Positions 37,761-50,364 of a stretch of 64,000 nucleotides of DNA are shown here, piece after piece (positions within the stretch are counted from its first letter, which is position 1; every line of letters begins with the position of its first letter). The notes below the pieces were generated by a model, which did not search any database, had not been told where the DNA came from, and was given only the letters and a program-made list of their open reading frames with translations. The translations under genes and the position numbers were made by a program. Source of the DNA: Phoronis australis (Eukaryota > Animalia > Phoronida); NCBI GenBank assembly GCA_002633005.1, contig NMRA01000038.1, positions 1,120,883-1,184,882 of the forward strand, in the 5' to 3' direction.

Positions 37761-37870
37761 GAGGCAGTATGGCCTGGTGGGATTGGTGCTCGGTTTCTTT
37801 ACTCGAGATCGTGAGTTCAAGTCCCCCTGGGCCACACTGCTAAACCCTCGAGTCAGGTGCTCAATTCAGA
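37761..37870 (+). mobile_element. tRNA-derived SINE head
   Basis: A box tggcctggtgg and B box gagttcaagtcc at tRNA-like spacing, without a full cloverleaf. Confidence 0.55.
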
Positions 37871-38648
37871 TTCAACTACATATTAATGAATTATAAAAAT
37901 GGTTCCAGTTGGTCAGCGCAATGGGTCCACATGCACGGCCTGTGAACGTCTGGTACAACGTGTATCAGACCGCCTGCAATTATTTTTTATTCTTTTATTA
38001 CAGCTACATAGCCACAACATTTGTACTTTCATGGTCTCTGCTTTGTTCTCTCAACGCTGTGAAATTAATCTATATCTAAAATGTTGTTGCTTGTCTTTCC
38101 ATATCAAATGCACAAAACAAAAACGTGAAAATGAACTCTTGTTAACTTCAGGTTACTATCAAGCAATTTTATCAACTGCCTTGCTAAATTTTGGTTCTTC
38201 TGTACTGTTTACAAAATGATTGTGTATTCCTTTATTTTTACTTTACTGTGTTAAAATTTAACATGTGGTAGCTATTGTAAAAATGCTCATCATCTCATGT
38301 TCTACGTAAACATGTTTTGTATCACTCAAATGCGACAAATAGCCACTTCCTGAAATAACAGCGACTGTTCTCACTGATTCAGTGTTATTTACTCACAATG
38401 CTAATCACTATTTTTTATTAAAGTCAGTTTGTCATTCATTATTCTATCTACCAACTAAAGTTTTACTGTTTCATGACGGACTTAAGGCGCTAGCTGACTG
38501 GGCGAGGCGATAAATCGTTCTCAACTCAACTCTGAAGTGTGTTAGTGACCCAGCATTCTGGAAACTAAGTCAACCATATAGAATGCATTTTTCTATGTCC
38601 GCAAAAAGAGAAGAGTTGAAGTTGGGAATTGGAAATTCATCTCTAGAC

Positions 38649-38826
38649 CTTATAAACTTGTTTGTTGGGGGTTTTTGTCCTTGCGCTTGGTTGGTTGTCT
38701 TCCATCTGTTGATGACAATTGATTTTCTTTCCAGGCTTGCATGGTGTTGCTTTCCGCTGTAGCTGACATGCTTGTTGATTGGCAGGCGGTCTCACACTTT
38801 GATATGCGTTTGTACATTGTGACATT
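38649..38826 (-). CDS. SPATA22: Probable SPATA22 low-complexity exon (MSQCTNAYQSVRPP...QVYK)
   Basis: ttttacttcag acceptor and gtctag donor. 178 nt, phase 2/0, open and phase-compatible with its neighbours. No recognisable homology. Confidence 0.62.
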
Positions 38827-38988
38827 CTGAAGTAAAATAACATTCTCATTTGAAATTGATGTCTGCAATAGTACACAAAGTTTCACCACTATCTGCTCGT
38901 TGATTCTTCAAGTGAAATGCATGTTCATAACAACTGTACTATTTATTCATTTATTAGTCATTCATTTAAGGAATTCAAAATATCTCAC

Positions 38989-39103
38989 CCTAATGGTTTT
39001 CCATGTGCTACTTGTGGGCGCTGATTGGTTATTTGGTATCGTTGTTTTGCTGGGTAACTAGTACCTTGAGGTTTGGGAAATCTTGATGTCATAGTTGCAC
39101 TGG
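38989..39103 (-). CDS. SPATA22: Probable SPATA22 exon (SATMTSRFPKPQG...HGKPLG)
   Basis: catttttcag acceptor and gtgaga donor. 115 nt, phase 1/2, open and phase-compatible on both sides. Confidence 0.62.
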
Positions 39104-40009
39104 CTGAAAAATGAGGCTGAAGACAATAAAACTTGCTTAAGGCAGACTTGTCTTTATGGGAGTTTCACTTAATTCTAACAAAGTGCCGCAGTACAGTTGT
39201 CCTAGTTGTTGCGCTCAGCCCTTCAGATAAGGTGACTTTGCACCAGGGACTAAATCACAAGGTCAGATTGGATGCAAGTTTTACCACACATCAGTTTGCC
39301 CAGGTTGGCAAATGTTATTCAAATAACTGACATCACAGATTGAGAAAAATTTTATAAGCTTACTACAGTAATTCTCTACCTGTGTAGAACACAATGTGAA
39401 GAAGTGAAATTTCATTATGTTGCAATTTTCAACAAAAATTGAAATGAAGAATTTTTTTCATTGAATTGTCAGCGTGCTTGTGTGGACGTCACAAAACAAC
39501 TTTCGGCAAAGTTTCCGTAATTTGTGAACGAGGTAAACTGCCTTTGAAAATACCAAAAATGACGATTTTGGTAATTGTCAGCCCGCAAACCAAGTGAACC
39601 ACTTCAAAAACAACGAAAGAACAGGAATTAATTGCAATGCAGAAGGGGAAAGTAGAATATGATACAAATTTATCTGTGAGAAAACATTGTCTTTGATAAC
39701 TATATCTGTGTCACGTGTTTTTGCTAAAATAGAAAACATCACTAGAACTTCATTACATAACTATTGGTAGGCTCTTACAAGCATAAGTTATCTTCAAAGG
39801 CTTTTAATAAATCTTTTTTGTTATTGACATTGAATTGTTTCGCAAAAAATTGAGAGAGAAAATGTGGAAACTTTGGAATAAAGTAGAAATAATGAAGCCG
39901 TGACATCAATTTACACATAATATGGAATTTTATGTTCATTTTTGCATATCTGGTGGTGCGGCAACAAAATGGCCACCACAGTTGCATTACACTGAAAGCC
40001 ACATCTTAT

Positions 40010-40700
40010 TCAAATTTTTATTTTAAAAAATATTCATTACATTTTGAATATCATAGTTTCATTTCTATACCTAAATCACACAAAAACATAACAGCATGTC
40101 CAGAATGCAATGGTATGACATATTCTTCTGGGCTGTATTCCTTAAATCCAAGGCACTCGCAAAGCACTTGCGGCAACAAATTTGCTATCCCATAATTCAA
40201 CATTCCAACCTCACAAGCGGAACCAACCGCTTCAATGGCTGTCTTTGCTATGGTAGGCTAGTAAGATCAAGATATTTCTTTATAATATCTGAGGAAACTC
40301 TTGAGTATACTCGCTAAACAATCGCCTTCCATTCACATGATTTTCTTATGAACTTTTCAAATTTTTAGTTTTAAAAAAATATTCTCATACCATTACATTT
40401 TGAATATCGTAGTGTCATTACTATATCTAAATCACACATCATAACAGCACATCCAGAATGCAATCGGGTATGACATACTGCATTCCTTAGATCCAAGGCA
40501 CTCGCAAAACACGTGCGGCAACAAATTTACAATCCTATAATTCAACATTCCAATCTCACCACCAGAACCACGCCTTTTAATAGCTGCCTTTTCACTACGG
40601 TATGCTAGTAAGACCAAGATATTTCTATATAAATATCTGAGTAGTAAGCACTTGAGCATTAACTCGCAAAACACGTGATTTTCGCGGTCTTGCATGATTT
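40010..40700. repeat. Diverged tandem duplication of a ~350-bp unit
   Basis: cattacattttgaatatc...ccagaatgcaat...tccaaggcactcgcaaa...gcggcaacaaattt occurs at ~40034 and ~40392. Confidence 0.8.
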
Positions 40701-41660
40701 CGATTTTTGGCAAGAGCCTTGCATCTATGTAACGCACACAGACTGATAATTATAAGAGAAAGTTCAACTGTAGCTTCAACCATGTCAATGCTCACAAGTG
40801 TTTGACTGCTTCATCATGTCATGCATGCTATGTTCCAAAGAGGGTTTCTTCAACTGACTTGGGAGACCTAAAAATTAACAAATCACCATTGACCCTCAGT
40901 TTTGTTTCAAAAGTTGCAATATTCAACTTCACTCACACAGTAGAAAAGGTACCGTAGTATGACTAACATCTTTCATTTTTTCAGTCTTCAAGTTAATTTG
41001 ATTTCAAATTTTGTTTTAAAAAGTAGCAAAAAATAAATTCTTTTTGATTAAAAACATTGAGCATTTGATCGTTGAATGGTGTCGTGTAAATAAGCTCCTA
41101 TAATTTACATCATAATAAAATCAAAATTCTTTCGTCAAAGGAGTTTAGATTGTTCGTACAGTGTTAAACTTGGGTAAGCTTATGCTGACGGTGCGTAGCT
41201 ATATTGTCATTTGTGTGAAGTTAATTTCATTTTCCATTGTTTTAATTTTAATTACTGCATGTACGTATAATGCTGTAAAGCTAGGTCGGGATTTTCATCA
41301 TATTATGATTTTCAACAGAAATTAGACACATATCCCAATCAAATGGTCAGAAAGCATGACATGATTCAAATGTACTTTAGAACCTCGGTCATACACGACC
41401 TTATCGACAACTCTGTTCATTCAGCAAAATACCTACAAAACTGTTGAATTTAACTCCATACCATTCTGACATAACTGGGTAACCAAGGTAAACTCAGAAA
41501 AAAAGAAAGTTACCTTCATAGCATGACGATGGTATCAAAAACACAATCTACTTTCGTTATGTTCAAAATGTAATATCGAAAATACACATTTGATTTTGGC
41601 CAGAACAGAAGCACGAACTTTAAAATTAGCGCGTAAGTAAATAACGACATATCTATCCAA

Positions 41661-41700
41661 TCCAACGTTTCGGTTTATTTCATTAAACCATTCTCAAGGA
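41661..41700 (-). ncRNA. Minimal type I hammerhead ribozyme motif, U3-A8 core variant (Penelope-type)
   Basis: Minus strand reads UCC-UUGAGAA-U-GGUUUA-augaaa-UAAACC-GAAA-CG-UU-GGA. Confidence 0.6.
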
Positions 41701-42134
41701 AATAGTTACAAACACAAAACAAGCGACACAGGTAGAGAAGAGACTCTCTCCTCCTCACAATGCATTTTGATGTGTACCTGTACAGTCTCTCAACATTTGA
41801 TTTTCGGGCTGATTCGCCTACTATGTCTCCTAGTGTCCCATAGCATCATACCGTATGCGATGAACCGGAGGCGCATGTCAACGCCTTAGCATTGCTCTTG
41901 TTTTCTTACAATTATTGACATGACCACGAGTGCTCTTTTTGTTTCAGTGAATCGTTCATTATTACATCCAGGAAACTGTACCATTCAATCATAGATACCC
42001 AATAAAGTCACACATACTCTCTTTGAACCGGTGGTCACTCAGTTGATCGAGTGAAACTAATAAGTTGCCACTAGTACAACTTGCACTAGCTTATATTTAC
42101 CCTTTAGAGCACAGCTTATGGCTCATCGAATTAC

Positions 42135-42236
42135 CTTGTCCTTCTGACGTGCATTGCATACCATTTGGGTCTGTGACAAGTGCCTCCCTGGATCTCTTCT
42201 TTTTGGTAAATATTGGTGCAGAAACAGTAGGCTTAT
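42135..42236 (-). CDS. SPATA22: SPATA22 N-terminal exon (KPTVSAPIFTKKKRSREALVTDPN...)
   Basis: ttattaatag acceptor and gtaatt donor, phase 1/1. PIFTKKKRSREAL matches vertebrate PLFNQKKRNRQPL. Confidence 0.78.
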
Positions 42237-43689
42237 CTATTAATAACAATGTGCAAAATAAGGCATGACTGATCTGAGCGACAGTGGTGTCTCTGATACC
42301 CATAAGGGTAGTGTGAAGAAGCTGGCCCTCAATAACTTTTATCAGTTGGTGTTTAGGGAAACCTTGGTGGCGAACGACATAGGCGTTGGGCAAGTGGACG
42401 TGTTCATTGATCCTCTTGTCATCCTTGGCAGTAAAACTGGCACTATCATGAAGTCTGGTATGCCAGTGTACATAAAATTCCATAATACCAAAGAATATAT
42501 TCATGTGAAGAACAGCAGCAACAACATATGCAGCCCCAAGGTCAATCACATTTTTGTCATTTATTAGTCACATATTAGTAACATTTTGAGAACCACTCTA
42601 GTCATGACTAAGATATGTCTAGGTACTGTGCATGAGTGCACTTGAATAGATTTAGTCACGTTTTAGTCACTTTTTAGACATACTGCTAGTCACTGTCGTT
42701 CTACATTTCTACTAGAGGTCAAGTCATGACTAGAGCTTTAGTACGTCCCAATTATGCAAATTATGTGACTATAAAGCGTGACTAAATCTGTTCAAATGCC
42801 CTCATGTACAATGAAGTGACTACAGCGTTAGTCACGACTACAGTTAGGCAATTACATGGCCCTGGATGCCGCAGGCGGCCAACCGCGGGCTACGTGTTGC
42901 CTAGACTAGAGTCTAGTAGAGTAGAAGTGTGGGATATCCAGACGTGAGTAGAGCTTTTGTGCCTTTTGTCAAAAAACGTTTCCATGCAGTCTGCATGAGC
43001 TCTTTGCTTTCTATTTCGTATGGTTATAGATTTAAAAATGGACAACACACTCCCAACTCCTCTGTTAATCTTTTTATCGTCGACCAATGAAGCTTGAAAG
43101 ATAATTTTCCAGCAAATTCGTTGCATGATTTTTGGGAACACGAAGCATCCATTTTTGGATATCAGCCTCCGAAAGAAGTTATTCCACGTCAACCCCTAAA
43201 ACTGGTGTGGTTTCTACCTCCTGACTGAACTTAAGGATAACATTGTTTTATTTCGGAAAAAAGTAGAATAGCACTGACCGCCATCTGAGGATTGAAGTTT
43301 GAATAATTCAGAAATGACAGTGATAGTGCAAAAAAGTTCGTTTTTACGGTTCACGTGAGAAAACAAATCCTACACTCGTCTCAGATTTATGACATGGGCA
43401 AAACCTATTGGAATTTCGTCAAAATCCCTCGGAAAGCCTCGGGATTAATGACGACATCTCCAAGAGGTTTTGCCTTTGTCACACATAAACTGTAGACTGC
43501 AGGATTCTCTATACGATCTGCTCACCATAGCCTACCGAGTTAGGAACTTTGGCAAATTTCATTGCTCGGTTACAGCATGGTTACAGCAGAGGATCTAGTT
43601 GTCTTTGCATATTTGATCCCTGGCAAAACTGTCTACGTTGATAACTTTTGAAACTGTAAAATCACAACAAATAAGGCAGCAAAACTTAC

Positions 43690-43699
43690 TCATTCTCAT
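43690..43699 (-). CDS. SPATA22: Candidate SPATA22 start exon (ATG AGA ATG A|gtaagt)
   Basis: Consensus donor, phase 1, compatible with the 42236 exon. Could instead be non-coding. Confidence 0.35.
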
Positions 43700-46600
43700 A
43701 GGATATATCTCGTCAAAGTGTTAACAGCAGACGACAGGCATCCGGGTAACTGGGCCGACTCGCATTGTGGGGAGGGGTGGCATTCTTCTAGTTCAAGTTC
43801 TTTTCCTGGCGATAGGTCATAGGGATAGTGAGGACAAAGAAGATGTAGATATAGAGATGACGTATATCTATGGAAGGGCTGCTGACATGGGGTGCATTTT
43901 TCATTTTTTATATAAATTTGGAGTGTCAGTGGGACAGATCATTCATTTCGGTCTGCAGCCACCCCCGGGCCAGGAATAGAGTATGTGGGGCAAGACGCCT
44001 TAGCTGAGCGAGAATGTCCCAAATTTCGTTACCGTTAAACTTTCAAAACAAACTCGTAAGTATGACTCTCTTCTCTTGATTACCGTGAACTCATTTGCAC
44101 ATAAACCGTCATTGCCCTCCAATGGCCCGGAATTAGCGGCGCCTGTTTTTGCTCCTTGCTCATTTGAAGCAAATTAAATCGCCCTAGGCGTTTGCAGATT
44201 ATCAACAACATTAAAGTTTATTCAAGTTTCAAGAGACTCATAAAATATAGCCCTATGATGATATTAAGCCGCTCAGGCTCACAGTGTTTGCTTGTCGTAC
44301 TTGCCCATCGCGGCCCGGCCCGGGCCAGCGGACCCCGAGCCACCGTGACGACGACCTGCAGTGCTGGTTAAGTCGCAGTCCGACGCTGTGCTAGTGGAAC
44401 TATTAGGTCAAGTAACCGAGTATTTTAAGTGTTTTCAACGGATAAGGTGACCAGCCTAAATTTCATGTTCTACCAAATTCTTTGAAGTCAACGTCGGGAA
44501 TCCGCCAGAGACGTTTAAAAAAACAACCCGGGATTTTGCTATTTCAAAATTTCGGCCATAGCTATAACTTCAAGAGGTCTATAGACCAAATGGAGTATAC
44601 TGATTACGTCAATGGAATAGTTAGTTTGGGAACCTGTCTTGACCGCTGCCAGCGTGGGTCTTCGATATCGTTTTCCTCGACTAAAAAGACTCAAAGTGCA
44701 TTTCAGAGTAACTATACTAAGCCAAAGTGCCCCGAAACGTCTTCAAAAGGCAACATCCACCTTAAAGTCAAATCAACCAAGTAATCTCATGGTTTTTAAT
44801 ATAAAGGAATTTTTTTTTATACCAATCATTTTCACTATATTTCATTTGATCGTTGCTTGGCGACAGTCAATTCAAGTTGTCAAATAAGTCAAAAGTACTG
44901 GCAATATGTATTGCCATTTCCAGACACTCAAACAGACATTTTATAAGAGCACTGCATGCCATTTCAACTACCGGTACACTACGATAACATCTCAAATCAA
45001 TTTGTGGTCCTAGTTACCAACGCATGTAACGGCTGATGTTATTGCAGCATTGTTCACTCGAGCTTTATTTTACATTTTCCGTCCTTCTTTCTGCTAAAAA
45101 GTATTGGGCATAGCTTTAAAGATTATACTGTGGTATCAACCATTAAAGTTTTTTACTTTGCCAGTAGAATATAAGACGTTTAGTCTTTCATTGCTCATCG
45201 TTGAATAGAGGCAATCTTTGTCAACGGCGGATCCAGGATTTTGAGTTAGGGGGTGCCAGGGCAGAGTATTACCCAGGATTTTGCCCGTCAGACATTCGCA
45301 CCTCCGAACTGCCAAATGGAATCTGGAAGAATTTTAAGGGGGAAGGAGCATGGCCCCCTTGGCCCCCCTCTAAATCCGCCACTGTTTGTAAGCCCTATCT
45401 AGGGCCTCAGTCATGAAAATCCATCCAAAGTTCAAGCCAAACCTATCGGATCTTTAGCTTACGTCAAATTTTTCTACCAGAGCGGATGGTATCATCTATA
45501 TGATATTCAGTTCCTGGGTGGGGGTTGAAACTGTTTCATTTAAACAGTTTCTTTTATCTCAATTAGTACATGATGGCGACGATCAGGACATTAATGTAAT
45601 TTCTTTCTGTTGCTTGCTCTGTTGTAAAAATGTTTACATGAACACTTGCGTGTAAATTGTAGCAAATTAAGATAAGAACGGAATATCAGTAATAATCGGA
45701 TTACTCAATGTATGTACAGATATTGTATTCCTATCTTTCATTAATTTTGGAATTTGTTTGATTAAAATTACATTACCTCTACTGTCTTGCAGACAATCCT
45801 GCTTCTGTTTGATTGTTGAAATGAGTTGAGATTTGAACCCAATGAGCAAGCAAAGCTTGTGAGTGCGGTAAAATGTTACCGCAGTAATGGCTGTGAACTT
45901 ATTAGTCGATCGTCGTCTCAGTAAAAAATTACCTTTCATTTTTACGCAGAATACCACATGAAATAAATTCGTAGGAAAAATGACGACATGCCAAGGAAAA
46001 CCCACACTTTTAAAGGGCAGGGCGGCAAATTTATCATTACACGATCATGAAACCACTTTTTTCAAACTGAAAATTTTGAATATTTATTTGAATGAACATC
46101 TTCGCACAACTTTCTCTTACCTTATCCAACCGTGCGCTCCTACTCTGCTCGCTCTCGACACGAACAGTGCCAGTTTGAGTTCTGGGGTTTTCACTGCCTT
46201 ATCACCATACCGCTCTTTTTGATGTTTTGACTTTGAAATAGTGGGGTATTTCTGTAAAGCACCTGAGTGTATTCAAAACAGAAACCCTGTGGAAAATTTA
46301 GTAGGCCTATCGGGTGGGGTGAAAGGGTTCCCATTGGGGAATGACGCTTACCCTGTGCTCCTCTCCAACATCATGATAGGTTTACCACAAGACACTGGTC
46401 GCTCAAGATACAATGTAAATTTAATTTTGATTAAGGATACGCGACATTTCATTTCAACACATATTTGTACCGAACCCCACACCCCACGTCCGCCATAGGT
46501 GGGGGTAATACCGGGGATGCAGCCATCAGGATTTGAGTAACGGTGAACCAACAAAGATTCACGGAGAGTAAGAATGGGTCTTGGCCTTGGCCCCGAGCGC

Positions 46601-47537
46601 ACTGACGGTAGCTGGGAACTGCTTGAAGTAGCTATAGCTGGGTCGAAGGTCAAGTTTCATATTATTATGATCCAGTTTCGGGAAAACTTCATTTTATTAT
46701 GGCCATTCTTTGAAGTAATTTTTGGGAAGGTGAGAGGCATGAGTGTGTTTGTGGCCATTTCAGAATCCCTTGATGAAACACAGCCGGTAGTCCAGTTTCT
46801 GGTTGGTGGGGAAAATGATACAGAGTGTGTCCCAAAAATTTACACACTTCAACGTCTGGAGTCAAATTCAGTTCCCGTGGGTAACTAAGATTCTAAGCAG
46901 GCCTACTGCATGGCTGCATCTTGTTTTTAACGTGGGTATGCCTGTAATGACGTGCTAGACAGACAAAAATCGTTTAGTGTACTTTTATATTTGGAGATCT
47001 GATGATAGATCGAATTTTCCCAATGTCGGCTGCAATTAAGTTCATTGAAGAGTTGTCATTTCTTACAAGATTAGCTTCTAATTGTCAAAAAAAATCCTCT
47101 CTCAATCAGTCCACTTTCCTAAATACATAAACATGTAAATCAAAAAGAAACCAACAATCAAATCCATGAGCAATGCGTTTACCTAGACTTAATGACTTAA
47201 ATCCTTTTTGATCCCCGTTAGTGACTTTAAACAACAAGTCTTGTACCGAAGTTATAAACGAGTGAGTAATTTTTTTGAGAAGTGTCCGAATTTCATCATT
47301 TATTTTAGATAGGCAAAAAGCGCCCAAGTGCACTTTACTATTTGGGGATCGGATTATAATTTTTTTCCATATTCAGGCTTCAACTAAATTTCCTGAATCG
47401 TCATCATTTCTTAAAAGATTAGCTTCTAATTGCCAAAAATCACTTATTAACATGTCGGTTTTCGGAGATACATAAACATGTAAATTAGAAACCAACGAAT
47501 TTGTTGATCAAAATGGAATGTCATAAGCAATTTACGC

Positions 47538-48964
47538 AGGCATGCCCTCGGATTTTTGACTGGTAACCGGGGGAAATGAGAGATTCATAGTTAGGTGGAT
47601 TTTGCTCTTTTCTTTCCGAGGTACCTATAAAGTTTCACGAGTTTAACTTGACCGAAAAAAACGCTAAAATATTTGTTTAATTTGTTTATTATTGCGAGTA
47701 TTTGCGTACACTCGTTCAACATGTACACGGTCACTCCAATGGTAGCCTCGACAGCAGTGTTTTCCACATGTAGAGTTCTTTACAAACAACCATCTTCAAA
47801 AGAGATACTGTTCTTGTAATAATGTGGGAAACAGTAACATTATTCTATAACTAACCATTGGAAATAGTCCTTTTGTGTAATTAACAAACAGCGGTCTTCA
47901 CGTTCTTTAAAATTCCTGACTCCCTTTCGATGGCGGTCAATCCTATTGTGTCTTTTCACATTTTTTGATTGTTTGAGTCGAATGTCTTGATACGGCTGTG
48001 CTGTGCACGAATGTTTTGTGTTTTTGATGAATTTCGAATCGCAACTTGCCTCGTGAATACTTGGCAGTATTGGATTTACATGTATGGAGGGACAAAGGGA
48101 CTGCTTCACCGAGAGAGGGTCCCGTCTGAAATGGGACACCTTAATTATGAAAAGCTAAATATCATTAAGCTTGGAAAAGAGTGATAGTTCAGTCATTCCA
48201 CCGTCGTGTGGTCAGACGACGGTGCAGGAAGTGACCTTCTTCAACATGAAAGTTGGTTGCACAATTTCATAAAAAAACAGGAAAATAGACGTAATCGAGT
48301 CCAACACTGGGTCCTCTCTCCGTGAGCGTACCCTCAAGAATTTGTTAATAGAAACATAAAAACTGTGGCCACTAGTGAATGTCACCAATGGCCTCCTTCA
48401 GGCGTGGGGCCCCTCTATGTGAAAATATCTATATTTTCGAAAATCAAGAAATGTGCAGCAATTGATTATATCTGTCAGGTCATCAAATTTTCTCAAGTGA
48501 TATACTATTCGAGAAAAATGCGGCAGTTGTCTCAGTTACCTCTTGCCAGAGAGGGGCCTCTGGAAAAATATGGTTTTGCAGTTGCAAAATTGACTTACTG
48601 ACTTTAAAAATCCAGTAAATTAATACACACCGCAAAAGCTTCGCTTTACAAATTTTGTCGATTTTTCGAAATATATTCACGAATCATTACGTGCATGTTT
48701 CCAAGTGCATATAGACCTCCTGTGCTGCGAAAGCGGAGACCCCAACAACGATGTCCTGGCCAGGGTTCTCAAAAGGTAAACCATGCACTGATACAGAGTT
48801 GTTAAATATTCTCTTGACTTTTCTCTCTTATCCGCATTTAGCAGTGTTTCTTTTCTCGACTGTCCCCGTCCCACGCGTATGTCGGTTGCCACGGTTTAAC
48901 CCTGACGCCTGAAAACTTTTTTAGGGGGCCTATGCCCTCCGGCCCCCCGCTTCCTACGGCTCTG
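47538..48964 (-). mobile_element. Degraded hAT transposon remnant
   Basis: GC-rich hAT-type end (...cttcctacggctctg). Minus-strand fragments KSREYLTTLYQCMVYL, GLRFRS...GN, DIINCC and FVHSTA resemble hAT (DUF4371-type) transposase motifs. Confidence 0.45.
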
Positions 48965-49300
48965 AGATGATTGTCCACAGAGATGTTAAAAATGGATGTA
49001 CAGTATATGTGAGACGCTTATTCGTTGCTAGGCAATATACTTAAAAAGCACATCAAAATCTTTAATGTTTAACTATAGTGCTGTAACCCAAGGGCTGCCA
49101 GGATTTTGCCAGTTGGGGCCGGGGCAGGATTTTGCCCTTTAGACATTAGCACCCCAGCACTGCCAAACGGAATCAGATAACTTTAGGGGGGGGGGGTTGA
49201 CCCTGCTCTAAATCCGCCACTGAACATTATCGACATCATAAAAATATCAAATAGAGAGAAAACAGTTTCATCTCTTCACGAAAACAACAACGGATTTAAA

Positions 49301-49346
49301 ACTTGACATGTTTCGGTGTCATTTATTAAACACCATCCTCAGAAGT
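49301..49346 (-). ncRNA. Minimal type I hammerhead ribozyme (Penelope-type)
   Basis: Minus strand reads ACUU-CUGAGGA-U-GGUGUU-uaauaaau-GACACC-GAAA-CAUG-UC-AAGU: intact core, stems I and II, palindromic stem III, GUC cleavage triplet. Confidence 0.78.
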
Positions 49347-50226
49347 CATAATACAGTGGCCATCTCTGTTTATCAAAGTCAAGACTCGTCAATCGTACTG
49401 CTGTTTATGCGGGAGTCACGTGGTCTATGCGGGAGATACGTGGTCTGAGTACGAGACTTGGTGAAATGTCATTTCGTACAGTAATCAATCAACATGACCG
49501 TTGAAAAGACTGTTGCATAACAACAGAAAAATATGCTCGCTGCTCGGGCATCAGTAAACAGCCACTAGTTGATTTGTGGAATATTTACGTTGAAAGACGT
49601 ATAAAGTCAATGCATCTAATAACGGTAGACAAGATTTTACGAGTTCCCACAAGGTTTTGAACTATTTTTTAATCTACCAACTAAACTTTTCCAAAAATAG
49701 TTGGCCTTAGTCCTACAACCATGGTTTTTCTAGGGTCACCGATGACTTTTTTCCACTATTGAAACTAATTAGTAGCTAGAACGCATGGCTTTAGAGATCG
49801 TAATTTCCGAATTACACAGCGTTCTGATGTAGAAAAAAATCGGTTTATAAAACTTGAACCTTCGCTTTTGTGCTTCCCCTGTTTTAGAATGTGAAAGTTA
49901 ACTTATTTCTTAAAAATTGAAGCTCTCGAAAACACGTGCTGTACAGGAGAGTGCCCGTTGGTTTCTGGATGACATCTTTATGTAAATACTAAAATCGACA
50001 GATTCATAGATATTTTTTTGACGATTAGGAGCTAAGCTGGTAAGAACTGGTTATGATTCAGTGAAGGCTGAAGTAAAGAAAATCACCCGTTCCCCAAATA
50101 ACAATATACACTTAGCGATATTTGCCCATCTGAAAAACAGTAAACAACAAATGGCATTCGAAAATTTTTACAGTCTGCCTCCCCCGGGTTCACCGCCACC
50201 TATGTCGTACAAGAGGGGGGGGGGGG

Positions 50227-50364
50227 NNNNNNNNNNNNNNNNNNNNNNNNNNNNNNNNNNNNNNNNNNNNNNNNNNNNNNNNNNNNNNNNNNNNNNNNNN
50301 NNNNNNNNNNNNNNNNNNNNNNNNNNNNNNNNNNNNNNNNNNNNNNNNNNNNNNNNNNNNNNNN
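50227..50364. other. Assembly gap (N run) flanked by poly-G
   Basis: Run of n. Single n bases also at 19092, 24138, 31998 and 54211, mostly in G/C homopolymers. Confidence 0.99.

Noticed and set aside
37424-37843. Repetitive ORFs on both strands (MVQRSINNYHYFYHL / DHKMIKVMIVINGPL)
   Set aside because: By-product of a 45-bp (multiple of 3) intronic minisatellite.
42097-42549. 150-aa ORF as an independent gene
   Set aside because: Only 42135-42236 has clear homology and splice sites. A further exon at ~42363-42423 is possible but has no compatible start.
46241-46888. Cluster of overlapping 85-104 aa ORFs
   Set aside because: No recognisable domain and no consistent splice structure.
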